Assembly: GCA_051362555.1 (NCBI GenBank)
Contig: CM120641.1
Span: forward strand, 20,026,001 to 20,090,000
DNA length: 64,000 nt
Direction of reading: 5' to 3'
From: Lingula anatina
Taxonomy: Eukaryota; Animalia; Brachiopoda
Shown here: one piece after another, positions 13,501 through 27,509 of the stretch
Layout: each line of letters opens with the position of its first letter
How positions within the stretch are numbered: the stretch's first letter is position 1
Made by a program: the position numbers and the translations under genes
Notes under the pieces: generated by a model
What the model was told of the DNA's origin: nothing
The model's database searches: none
What the model saw: the letters and a program-made list of their open reading frames with translations, nothing else

Positions 13501-16265
13501 CTGGAAGGGAATGAACATGGAACAAACACACCATATAGCAACACACTCAACTTCACATTCCAAAGGCCTTTTCTGCAAGTCTGAAATTTCCAACCCCAAA
13601 TTCTGTGCAAGCTTATGTGGCAGACCTTTAAATCTGAAATTCTATCTCAAGACTTCCTTCAAATTCAGGAGTATGTACATAAATGAGCTGGAACTCCAAA
13701 AGCACTTCTGAACATTTCTTAACAATAATTATACCTCTTTAACCTCAGTCACTGACAATTAGGTCTTTTTTACGCTGGAGTGTATTTTCTTCAATTTGTA
13801 CCTTTGTACCCAGTAGAAAAAAAAAGGAAAAAATTCGGAACATAACTTATGAAGAAGAACATCAGGTATCCAAAAGCATGCCAAGACAGATGACACAACA
13901 ATGTCCTCTCCAAACAAACACACCCTAAAAACCATCATGGATACTTTTATCAATACAAGTCCTTGGGTAACCAACTAAACTTTGGAAGGAACCCTAGCTA
14001 AGCCAACATTATAGATATGCAAACTAATGCTGCATTTTTATTGCACATGGTTCCAGTGCAGGTTCCAAATATTAAACTTTTCCAATGGGGGAGATGAAAA
14101 CTTTGACCATACACACCCACACAGATACATGCAATTTGGGCAAATAGTAGGCAGACAAATACAAATAGACCATATTCATACAATTAGTGATTGAAAAGAA
14201 ACAAAATGAAAAATTCTGTAATAATACAACAGGATTTAAACTATCTCCATTCATAATACTACATAAAATATAATTTCCAGCAGGTTATGTATTTTATCTT
14301 TAAAACAATTCTTGTATAATTACTATAATTACTTTGTATGTCATTTCATTTCCAAGCCATTTTTTCATTGTCCAAAGTCAATGAATATAAATCAAAAAGT
14401 ACAAGACCAGCCTGTTAAAATCCTGTCATAACATGGGTGTACTAAATGAAACTCTTACAAGGAATACACAACCCTAACAGAAGTACATAGACAGCTAACT
14501 AATGATGAAACATTTCTCTTTCATAATGGGTAAAAATTGTGCTAATAATGATGTATTTTATTAACAAATATACAAATGTGGTGATATCATAGCAAGTGAA
14601 GGAAACATCTGGATTTGCCATGTGAATGATCCTAAATATCAATAATGATTACAACTTGGTATTGATAACAATTGAGCTTTTCATATATATCTATATATAT
14701 AATCATATATATCTATATATTTTTCATGATACTTTTTCTTCCATTCTCTCTTTAGCAAAAATAACAACACTTTGTACAGACAACTCTGCACAGTCCAACT
14801 TTATGACTTGACACACAGCCTTCAATACACCAACTAAGCAGCATTTCAAAATGCATTGCTTTTACCTAAATTTACATCTTTTTACAGTTCAATTTTAAAC
14901 TAAATAATCAAACTTCCAGGTTAAATTGTTGCATCATACCAATTTGATCAGGCTAACATATGTATTTTATATTCATACATATGCATTTCCCATTTTATGT
15001 TTCAAATTTAATAAACGTAAAATCAACGAGAGGGAGAGAGAGAAAGAGAAGGGGGAGAATATTCACAAAATAACAATTTCATTACAATAGATCACATTCA
15101 TTTACTGCTTACTCCATGTATTAAGGCTGTGTGCAGTCTAAAGAAAACTGTCCATTATCTAATGTACACTGGACTAACACAAACAACACCAATGACCTGT
15201 GACAGCAATTTGGACTACTGTTTTGTTCTGTGATCATATCAACAATTTGACCACTTGAGCAGGGTTCTTACTATGATAATAACAATCCGTTGTGTGACCT
15301 TTGCCTAGAATACCTGCTCTCTACATCAATCAGTCTCAACCAGTCTAAATGTCTGATTAAAACCGATTTCAACTACTCAAGAACATGGTCCATGAGTCAC
15401 AATTTTAGTACATCAGTGACTTTTTTTACAGAAAAAAATATGGTCTGTTTAGTCACAGGTCACAGCAGTTAAAAGACTGAATTTGACTGTCATGTCTTAT
15501 CTATCCAACATTGAAAATGTCGGTCATTCTTAACTTTATCTGGTACCAATTGTACACTCCAGTCGACTGTTCACACAGTAGACACATCAAGCTGGCTGCC
15601 TTTGTCCTGACAGAGAGAGTTGACTTGACTTCTGGAAGTCTGAACACAATTTCTCTGTTTTTTTTTTTTTCTGCTTCATTTTTCTTCAATACATATACTG
15701 GTTGCTTGTTGATAATGATAACAACAGGTTATCACAGTATTATTCATAATATAATCTTTGCAATTGTTTTTATACACAGTGTTGACAAGAAATGTTCTTC
15801 TTGTCTCTAGTCCATAAACATTAAAATACTATATTTATCTTCCTTCAGCAGTTTAATTTCCTCTTTTAAAATATACAACCCGTCAGCAATTTCTCGTTGG
15901 TATGCGCAACAGGGGATGGCAAAATACTTTGCCTGAGCACCAATCTGGACTTGGTACAATGCCGGCAACATGACGACACATCTGGCATCAATTCTTCCTC
16001 CCCTTTACGATAATGATATATATTAATTACGTTAAACATTGGTATTTCTCATTGGTGTAGTATCGAATCTGATAATAATGAAATGCTCCCCAGGACAGGT
16101 GCTATAAGGCAGTGTCTTGCCGTAGCTGCGTGATCCGAGTCGCAAAACTTTCTCTGTATTAGCGGACTAGAAGAAATTCCGCCCCACAGCGCAGGGCACA
16201 CACCCCCTTTTAGTTTTGATTCTAAGGAAGTTCATCCAACTACCCTGTATATATAAGGTTTGGTA

Positions 16266-19200
16266 TTATGAATTGGAGTTTTTCAGTACAGAGTATACAT
16301 TATCCACTTTGCTTAGGCCTTCAAAAAAGGGAATCAAGTCCAATAGTTCTGAATCACTCATATCGTCAAACCACGACGCCACAGGAACCTGAAAAGAATA
16401 GGCAATGTTACATGATTTTCTAATTTTGTCCACTATTCATCTAACAATCACACAATCTTCAAAGCCAACAACATAATATAATTTCCACATGCATTGGGTG
16501 AAATTCATAAATTGTTAGTTTCATCCATTATTTTTTTTTCTTTGAAAAAGTCTCATTTAAGCATCAAAAAGCTTTTTTTTCCCACAAGCTCATAAATTCT
16601 TCATTAATATTTTTTGTTTCCCACACAACTTTTTGGCTACCAAATCAAAGACAAAAAGGTACATAAAAACGCATTAATTTTCATTTAATCTATCTAAGGC
16701 CACACTTTTTTAATTTTATGGATGACATCCTGCGCGCGCACCGATTTTCGTCCGTTCTCCAAAAAAAAAAAAAAAATCCCCCCCCCCCCCCCCCAAGGAA
16801 GTCGGTTGTCGCAAACGTCGTGATTGAATTTGCCGGAAAATGCAATCGGCAATCCTCGGCTAATTCCGCAAGCTCCATGCTGTCATTGTCGACTGCGGAG
16901 ACATCCGAGTAGTTCCGAGTGCGGAAAATGAGCTTTCTGCGCATGCCTATTATCACCACGTGGAAATATGGCCGCTTTGCCGTCAAATTCATCTCTAGCA
17001 TTAATTTCAAAATACACGACAATTAAAGTCATAAAGAGAACGGGAGCCGTCGTTTTGGATTGGTTTGCCATTGATATTGGACATGGAGATATCACCTTTT
17101 TACAATTATACGAAAGGCTGGCCGCGGCCAGCGATCATCGCCCGGAAAATTTCAGTGACATTCTGTCCAAAGCAGCACATAGACTTACCAGGGTTTTTTT
17201 TGTAGCGAAAAAAGGGTCGACAAGAGCGTCGTGGTATTTGGTGGACTGAAGGTCGGACAGGCCACCCGATAGTTGGCTGTTACGTGTGAGTCGAAGTAGA
17301 CAAAATGGCATCGACCGAAATTACCTTTTTTAGATTTGGTAGTAGGAAGCAAAGGCCTACTGGTATCTTTGCTTCATTTTTTAACAATTCTGTGAAGTGT
17401 TTACAATGCTTAAATTTTCTGAGAGTACAAATAAAGACGCTGTTTATTTGATATTTGTTTTATTGATTGCTATACCAACAGAATGCATGAAATAACCTTA
17501 AATACATTGGGTAATATGCAGCATATATATATTCATGACTTTTTACCTTTCTACGAAGTAGGCCCTATTCACAATGCTTTAATATATTGAGAGCATGGAT
17601 AAAGACATGTTGTTAGTTTAATACGTGTTTCTGTGGTAAATTAGTGTTTCCAGCTGTGTACTGAAAACATAACTTTTCTTAAGCAGTTTTTGGACTGTTT
17701 TTTTTTTGGACTGTTTTTTTTTTTTTTTTCGCCCGCTCGCACCGATTTTGGGGTCCCCAGAGGATGTCATCCATAAAAATTAAAAAGTGTGGCCTAAATA
17801 AATAAACTTAAGCATATGTCAAAACTTTAATCTTTTACTGCGTATCCAGATATTTCACATAACCAACTTACTGCATTGTCTGGATGGAAGATGTATGAAG
17901 CTGGGGAGTTATCCACAATCACCACTTTTGACAAATCTCTTCCTAACCTACTCAAGTCCTGATGAGTAAACAACAACAATAATATATATATAGCAAACAA
18001 ACAATGATGCATAGTTGGGTATAACCTCGAAAGATTTATGAAATATATGTGAAACAACTATAGATGATTTCACATATTCAGATTCTGTAGGACAGGAAAT
18101 TTTGTTTGAGTTACAAGAATGTTATAATGAGGCAAAATTGACAATTTTATTTCAGCTTATACCAAGGAACAAAATTGTTCCCTAAAATTTGTCTGGGCTA
18201 TGAGGTGACACCATATGTATACTGCTGCAGTAGTTGATAAAAAAAAAACACTAGATTAAAATGCTTCCTTCATTTTTAAAAAATACACTTCATTGCTGGT
18301 TAAATTTAGTCACAAATATTCAGATTTCGTCATGAATGTACTGAACTACAGGAATATTTGAGCTGTGAGGTGAAAACTTATGTGAAGTGAAAAGAATGGT
18401 ATCACTAACATAGAAGGTATCTTTCTTTCTTTTTTTTTAAGTACATTTTATTGCTGGTTGAAAACCAGTCGTCAATATTTAGCTTTCACCAATTTATAAA
18501 CTAAATTTGAAAAAAACTGTCAACTACTGATGGCAGTCCAGATGATTGCTGTCTGCATGAATCCTCTTACCTTTACATAATTTCCCCTATGAAAGACACA
18601 AGATTCCCTGAAAAGTCGTGCTCTGAAAACACCCCATCTGTCTAATAGATCTGCCACTGGGTCTGCATACTGAAAAAGATAAGACAAATTTTTACTTAGT
18701 CCAGTTTATAAATGACCATGTTACCTTCATACTCTCAAAAAGGGTCACTGTTATTTAAGACAGCTTCTGAATCCTTTCTCATGTAGTAGTTCAGTGGTAC
18801 TGGTTTCCACAGAAAACCAATGGTATATAAAACAGTTGCACTTATTTCAATAATTGGGAAAAAATGGCACATCATCGAATGCCTCGAATCTTAAAAGTTA
18901 ACCAATGGATAATAACTCTTAAAATACAAGTTGAGTTATAAAGCAAATTTTTCTATTGACAATACTCCATTTGCTCAGGGTACTTAACAGACTCTCAATG
19001 AGAGGAAAATTGAGTTTTTTCAGCAAAACTAAATTCTGCAGCAGCAGGTATAGAAAACTCAAGTCTTAAATGAATCATCCTAAATGTCTCAGACTCAAGA
19101 AATAGCCAAAGAAAGATAAGCCTTAATTCTTGTCCTCAATTTTTTTTCTATAATCAAGTTACACACAAAGCTTTTATGCTTCTACAAAACTTTGTCAGAA

Positions 19201-22200
19201 ATACAATAATTGGCTTTTTACAAATAACATTTGGTCCTAAAAACACAATTCTCCCTAAAATAAAATTATATTCTACTTCACAATTCATGAACATCTGTTA
19301 AGTATTTTGGGAACATTTCTGGAGTTCATGTTGCCTATTAGTATTTCAGAAGTGGTCATCTACGATGATCAAGTAACACATAAGTCTGTGTTAGTGTTTT
19401 TCATTAAAAATGACTGCTGCATAATTCCCACAAAACATAAGATCTCTCTTTTTCAGTGAAAATTTCACATCTGTAAATGAGGTTTTGAATTTTTTCCTTG
19501 GGTTATTTTACCTCCAATTCCTTCATCAATTCAATTGTCATTCTCTTTTGTTTTTAATTACTGTCTTAATCTAGTTTCAGGATATGATAAAATATTAATT
19601 CAATATTTTGCATTTATATTTTGATTTAAATAATCACAGTGAGCCTGTAACTGTTCGGCAGGTAGTCCCCTTTATGTTTATCAAAAATATTGTATAAACT
19701 ATGACCAGGGAACATTCCATTGCTGCCAAAATTTGAAGTAAACACCACAAATCATTCTACAGCCCTGTGATGTATGTACCTAGAGTAGTGCAGGTATGTG
19801 TCTGATTTCAGGACAATATTTTATGACACAAAATATATCACTAATATTAATAAAATTAACATCAACTCATTATGGCATAGTCTGCTAACAGGAGTCAAAA
19901 TGCATGCTCTTTTTGTGAATGTGTGAAAGGTGACAGAGCCTCTATTGAATGTTCTGATTTGCATTACTATATAAATCTTATTCTTTTATAGAGTTGATAC
20001 TTACTTTTGCTAAACTAGCAGTGAATAACACACACTCAAACATTTCTCCCATTTTCTGTAAGAACTCATCCACATAAGGCCTCTTCAGAACATAAACCTG
20101 TGAAAGAAAAAAAAAACAAAAACAAATAATACATGTATGACTGAATTCTCAAGTGCGTCTTTGGCTCTGTTCACAACCAGGTCAATCCGCAGACTAACTG
20201 AGCCAGGGATCAAATATGGCTCACACTTGAAAGTATGCTACGTAATCCCCTAATGGATTCCCCCACGTCCCATGCACATGGTCACTGCAGGGGCAGAGCA
20301 ATTTTTAAAATCGTTCAAGCTTTCAAGTGGGTCACGCCATATTTTAGTCCGTGGATCAACTAGGTTGTGAACAGAGCTGTTGTGAACATAATATCTAGTA
20401 GTTAAGACAATAGTAGTTATAAACGTGAATTTGGTAAATGAAAACATGCGGTTAAGGAAATAATATAAATGAGATACAGAAAAGACAATGGAACCTCATT
20501 AGCTCATTTTACCCCTTAAACCATAAGACTGACAATGGTTAAACATGCAGGTGTACGGATATAACTCTACAACTTCTTGATATAACATAGTGACTATATC
20601 CAAGGAGCATTATTACCCCTTTCTACGTCAACAACTTTTATTTTGTATATTATTCTTCGTTATATATTTTAAAAAACACTCAACATTTTTAACAGCAGGA
20701 AAATGGGTAATTTTGGAATTATTATAACTGCCACTATGGCCAAGATCTATTTCTAGACAACCACCTTTTAAATACATACCACTCTTCTTAAAATAGGAAA
20801 TAAATCAAATATTACTGTTCTCTGTAACAACAGAACAAGTGCTATTTGCCAAGCACTTGTAAAAACATTTTAACAAGAAGTATGACATTGCTGAAATGTC
20901 AAACATAAGAGAGTACAAGGATCCTGTATTATTTAAATTGTCATCTTATCATGGAATTTCTTTTACTTTAACATCTGTTGCCTAGATTATAAGCTCTGTA
21001 ATATTGCCTGGTAGCATGTCGGAGGTCGTTATCATAAGAAACACGGGACTTGAGGAAATTACTGCAAAGATGCAGGTCTATCATTACACTTCATCTCCTT
21101 GATGGAATGCCAGATTATGTCTTCATGTGACCTCTTCCTTGGGTCACTGCCTCACTGATGTTTTGTACCAAAAGAATGTGATACAACATTCAGTAAAGGT
21201 TAAAGACAAAAGGCTAGAAGGGGAGGACCTGTCCAGGAATGCTATTAAAAATGATGTCTACCAGGTTCTAATAATATTTCATTGTTGTGACAATCACCGT
21301 GAAACAACTCTGATAGAGACTTCCTCAACACATTGATGTTTGGCATTCCTCTGAGCAAAAAACTCACATTCTCAATAGTGTTAAAATAGATCATGGACAA
21401 AGAAAAAAAAATGTCTGAGATACTATTCAGTCTTAATGATTTATACACACGAGGAAGAGGGGCTAAAAATTAACAACTCTGATTGAATCCCAAGACCAAC
21501 ATTTTTTATATCTACTGAAAATATCTATTTAATATTTCCTTGGTTCAGAAGCTCAAAAAATAAGGAATCAACTACAGTTATTGAATGCTTTTCTAATTTC
21601 ATCAGATCTCTTGGCAAACTTCCCAAGTAAGTTTCTGAGTGCACTGTGTCTTCAAATCTGTGTTTGGTCTACAGACTTTCAAGTTTATTCAATACCAACA
21701 AAAGAGCCTGTACTTCTACTAGAATTACAAAGCTTAAATAAAACTGGGATAAGCCTTGATAAATCATTTAGCTTCGCAAAAAAGCAGACACAGCACTATA
21801 CTTTTAGATGGTAAGCAAGTACAGTGAAATGTCTGAGCTGACATACAGCCAAATTTCAAAGGTTTCGATCCAAGTTCATGCCAATGGAAAACTGGGCTAA
21901 CTCTATCACAATTAATACCTAGCCAATAATCTTAAGTCTTAAATCTGGCGTTGCCATTCTAGCACAAAATTGGTGCAACTATTAAATAATATATAAAACC
22001 ATTCATTTTCATTGGCAAATGTCATTTTGGCCTTTGAGGGATATCATTTTTGTACACGTACACCAAGGTCCTCAAAAGCAGGTTTGAGTGAGCTTTTTGC
22101 CAAGATTTAATATGACTGAGCTTAATGGTTCATTATTGACTCAGAATATAACTGAAAGTCGAATAAAAGATGGATTAAGAACTGTAACTTACCTGGTGTA

Positions 22201-25200
22201 TTGTCCCATCTATTTCAACTGGCACAATGAAATCAGCATTATTTACAGGCTGGAAAATAAACAGATAATGATTAATGCAACCAGTAGATACTTATAAGAT
22301 CCTTCCAAGCTATCTCCAGTGCACTGCCATGTAAAGGGCAAAATGATTTCAACTTCAAAAAACCTAATTACTATGACGCAAGACGTTAACTCTCTGTCAT
22401 TTAATCTATACTCTGGCATCACTTGATATCCACTTAGTTGATTAATGTTTTCATCTTTGGTAGTAACACAAATATTTCTCAATTTGTAGGGATTTTTAAT
22501 GACTAGAAGTAAAGATCCACAGTTAAATGTAAAACAAATAAATGAATCTCTTTGGGACAAATATATAAAATTATCGTACTATATTGAAATAGATAAAGTT
22601 TTGAGCTAAGCCACATACTGTTACCAAACTGACCTCTAAAAACAAACATTAGTACAACAGCACCAGTACTGCAGTCTCTAATGATCAGATATATTACTAA
22701 GTTGAAACATACTAAAACTAGAACAATTTTGTAGAAAAGCACAAGGTAAGTGATGATAAAAGCGTTGTTTTTAACAGACAAAGGAATCACTGCACTCAAC
22801 AAGATGAATTATTCACACCAATAATTTATCTAGGTCATTCTTCGCACCTGGAATATGGTAACATACCTCTGGTTTGTTTCATGACTAGCACTGCATGATA
22901 ATGCAAGTTTCACATTTTCAAATGATAAACAGTCCTTTTTGGAGGAGGGGGTGGGGGTGGGAGTGGGGGTGGAGGGAAGTATAGACATGGATTAGAAACA
23001 ACCATCATCAACGTGATGACATGCAAGATAAAAACATTCCTTTTGAAATATGGAAAATTTTTGTGATTGAGGCATGGAACTTGGCCAGATTGTCTGGTCT
23101 TTGGTATAAAATGTTATGCCATAAAAATAACTAGGAAGACAACTGATGAAAAATGGAGTTTGCAGTTCTTTTTTTCTAACTGGCTTCAGGAAAAATGTTA
23201 CGCGAATTGACAGAAGGTGTTACCCAACTTTTTCAAATACTCATCTGGTATGATGTAATCTGTCATTAAGAATAACAGGGTAGGCAGTGTAAAGATGAAT
23301 GTTTTTCCTGCTGTTTTCTCCTTCTTCAGGTATGTGATTTGAACTACCATTCCCATACCTAGATTGATCTAGCAGGATCGACCCATCTCCGAGCTGATTC
23401 TCGTTAACAGCTTCAGTAGGAATGTCAGACATCAGAGTGGCTCAAGCTGAATGTAATTTAGAGAGAAATCTCTCAGAGATTGATCCTGCTAGATCGACCT
23501 AGGTATGGGTCTATAACATTACCTAGCCTTGGGTTGCAATCTCAAAAGTATGAAACTTGCAATTTTTTCTAAATATTTTGTTTTCACAGCCCAATTTGGA
23601 CCTCATTAAATTTCACTTAAAAGAAGGCAAGGGCCTTTGGGAAAAAATCTGTACAACACCGTGCTTAATAAATTAACATTCAAACTGGAAACTTGAAAAT
23701 GATTGAATTCTGCTAAATGTGCCAAAAATTTAAATACGAATATAAGAAACCAATTTGAGAAATGCATCCCATTTACAAAATATACTCACCTTAAATGAAC
23801 TATGCACTAATGTTTCATCAAGGTCTATCACCATGCATTTTTTGCCCATATCTTGATGCCTCTGAGGCTGTAAAAGGTGATGGGCGAGGGGAGGTAGAGG
23901 CTAAACAAAAAACAAGCACATAAAATATTGCAAAATAAAAAAAGAAACATAACCAAAACCACAGCATGCAGTGCATTTCTCCCCAAATCACCTGCAAGAT
24001 GAGCTTTTCTGAAATTGCTGGCAGAGATTTGTATGATCTTATCATATGGCGTTCAACTTTCAGAGACTTCTTCACATCAGATGGATTTTTGAAAATCAAA
24101 TGGCTCCATATACTGATTAGAAAAAAAAGATGAAAACACCCCAAGACAGTGACATTGTTGCACTGTAGAAACAACCTTTATGGCTGACATTCATTATTGC
24201 CAAGACACTTGCCAAAAGTTTTCTTTCAACTGAGCTGCTAACCTTTGGAAAATGTGACTATTGCAATACGAGTATTTATCCTTTAGAGCAAGGTGGGACT
24301 TCTGCAATTCTAGCAGTTCTAGAAGTAGGGCCATGCCATCATTTACGTCTGCGCCATCCATCTCTACCAACAGAAGTTCTAAAAAAACTCACCGTTGTGT
24401 TATGTTAGGAGAAACGACAAACACGCACTACACACTTAACTCACCTGAAAGGTACTGTGAACTAATGTTTCATCTAAATCTATAACCATACAGATTTTAT
24501 TTACATCTCTTGGCCGCACAGCAGGAAGGAGGTATTTTGGAGGTGGCTAGAAACAATCAAGCATTTAATATGTAAAGCAATAAAATAACTAAATTTAAAG
24601 TCAAATCATCAAAACAGTAAATGTCCATTTGGCAATACCTTTTGAGTGAATGTTATATACCCTGCATTCTGCTATCACAATACAGAATGGGGAAAAATTT
24701 TTTAAGGAAAATTTTTAAGTACAGCTCCTGTTATCTTTGTAAGTTAAAATGTCAAAGTCAAATACACCTCCTGTGCTACATACTTTTGTATTTTTCAGTT
24801 GCTGATCATGAGTGGCATACATTTTAGAGGCTATGAAAGCTATAGCTTCAAATATTGAACCACAACCCAACCTACACGTGTTGCACTTGTGAAAAGCCAG
24901 ATAGGGTGCAAATATCTGTGCCACAACAGACTCAGAGTCAAGTTGATAAACCCAGGATGTCATCAATGCCTCTGTTTATGAATTTAACACCTATACCTGC
25001 CAAGCAAAATCCAATCCATCAAGTCCCTGACTTTGGATACAGATTAAATAATGATATCTTTTTATTCAAAAGTCAGACACACAGTTATGATATATAACTC
25101 ATTGGAGAAAGAGAAAAAGGACTAAAGACCAAGTTTTGTATATAATTTCTACATAGCAATGTTTTATCATACATTATGATAAATAACATTCATTTCAATA

Positions 25201-27478
25201 GACTCCTTCCATTGAGATGGCCATAGCAGCTCCATATAACAAATCAATAAAATATATTTTTAAACTTTGCTTCTGACAGACCTATTTAAAAGGAGTGATG
25301 CATCTTTTATTTACCATCAAAATGCTCTAACAGCTATCTTTAACCAATCACAATTATAACACTTAAATTCAGCTTCAAAATGCACAAAACAATATGAAAA
25401 TCTGTGGGGAATGTCAGGAATGCTAATACTAGACTATAAGCATATATTCCCCAGATAAATGACTGAATTTGATGTGCAATATTCTCAGACCAATATTAAA
25501 GTATAACATATTATTTAGCTACCCCCCCCCAAATCACCATCACCCTGTTCAGATATTATTCATTAAATATTCAAGTTGAATAAGCCTGCAGATTGGTACT
25601 GTACCCAAGCATGTTTAAAAAGGGTAGAAATGTGTAAATGTACTAGGGTTCTTGGGGACTTAGATATGCTTTTATCCTGATCAATATTGCCAGGGTCTCA
25701 GTGCTGCTGAGAGAAGTTGAGGAAATTGAAATCCAATGAAACAGCAATAATAGTTTTTGGAAGGCAAAATAAAATAACAAACAGCCATGGGTATCTGGGA
25801 AAAAGAGTTGATGGTCCAAGAGCTATTGAGTGAGGATTATAGGTCTTCAGCATCAGCAAATTAGCATCGGAAAACCCATTTACGCTGTCTGATACAAATG
25901 CAACTGATCATGACATTGGAGTATTAAGCCAAAATGTTCCTGGGCAATCTATAAAGGTGAAGTCAAACCTAGAAATAGACCATCTGTCAAATACAGACTT
26001 GCTGATTAAGTAAAGGGAAAAATCTTTTCAAGTCATTATACAAGACACCTCAGAACCACCAAGCCTATGGGTTCTATTGGGTGGCATTCCTCAACAGGCA
26101 TTGAATAAGTTATTTATTAGATAATTCCTAACAGCAGCAAACACCGATAGGTAAGATTGGTTCATCAAGGCACTAGGCACACCTTAAATGTGTATGTAAG
26201 CATCTTCCGTATCTGTTTTTATTTCTTGGCTACCTGCTTTTCACCACAGAGCAGTAACTACCCTAACCTGCACTTACTCTACAGGTATTTCCAACTTTAA
26301 CCACTGTGTGCTGACTTTAGTTTCATGTTCTGGACAGCTTCCAGGTGGGGGCCATTGGCATTAACAACATGGCTCAATTCCCCCTGACCAAGGTCAGTAC
26401 AAACTGAGCCCGGACTGGTTCGCTCTTACTGATGCTACACAGATATCAGAAAGAAGTGTTAGATATTAAACTGATTGCACAACATGGTGCAGAGACCCTG
26501 GAAATGATATTGTCATGGAGTTATTGCAGTAGTGTTCATTAAAACTGCAATCGGATTTCTCACTTAATGCACAACCTCTCGAAGTAACTTACAACATGCC
26601 TCGGCACAGGGCACAGTGAAACAAGCTCGACTGCCCCAGCTGTGCTGTCAGCTTGCGGGAACCATATTCTCTTGCATGTAAACAGAGGCCTAGATCTCTG
26701 CTAATCTATTGGGGCACAGTTTCTCTAGTTAATATTATCAAGACTAGCAGCCTTGGAACTTTACCAGGCTGTAACAGTATACTGCATACTTAGATTTTTT
26801 CAGGAGCTGTACACAAGAGGCAATCGGAAGAGTTTTTACGCCATAATGAGCAATGAAACTCAAGGGAGTTAAAATGCGAAACACGTTTTGAGTGTTAACC
26901 ACCTAGGTGCTTGTTTGACCTTGCTGCAATTAGCCATACTATTAAAGTATTCACTCGTCTAGAAGAAGTATATTTGTATTTGGTAATATGCTGCATTATC
27001 ATAAGAAGGAATTACATTCGCATGAAGATAGTTTTAACAAGTAATCTTATGTTTGAAAATCTGTATTAATGAAGTAAAACAAATTATTTATACGTCAACA
27101 ATTCTACAGATTTTAAAGATAAAACAAACATCTACAACTTAAAATTTTTACAACCTACAACATGTGCTCTTATATAACAGCCAAGCACTCTGTTCTGTTT
27201 TGATTTTATTTCTAGCAATTTTTCTAGATATTTATCTCCTTACCTTAACAATGCCATTTGGCTGTGAATCTGTATCTGTAGTAGGAACTGGTGTACTTTG
27301 TTGTGCGTGGCTATTATCACCAAAACAACAGAAAAATGAACTGAAGATGCCCCTGTTTCTGGGTTTCTTTAACGTCGACGAGCCTAAAAAACAAAAATAG
27401 TTTGCTTAATTGAAATTGCTTGAAGAAGAAACATAAAATACCTACATATGTTAAGATTTTATATACAAATTTTTTTTT

Positions 27479-27509
<31 letters not shown>

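Noticed and set aside
16690-17249. Overlapping ORFs inside the 1.1-kb element as a transposase
   Set aside because: Short, cross homopolymer runs, no DDE or Myb-like motifs seen.
17959-23789. Intronic miR-26, hosted by vertebrate CTDSP genes
   Set aside because: No TTCAAGTAAT mature sequence noticed on the minus strand by eye; a proper search was not possible.
27479-27506. G28 run as a functional G-quadruplex near the shared acceptor
   Set aside because: Long homopolymers are common throughout this window and length may be an assembly artefact.
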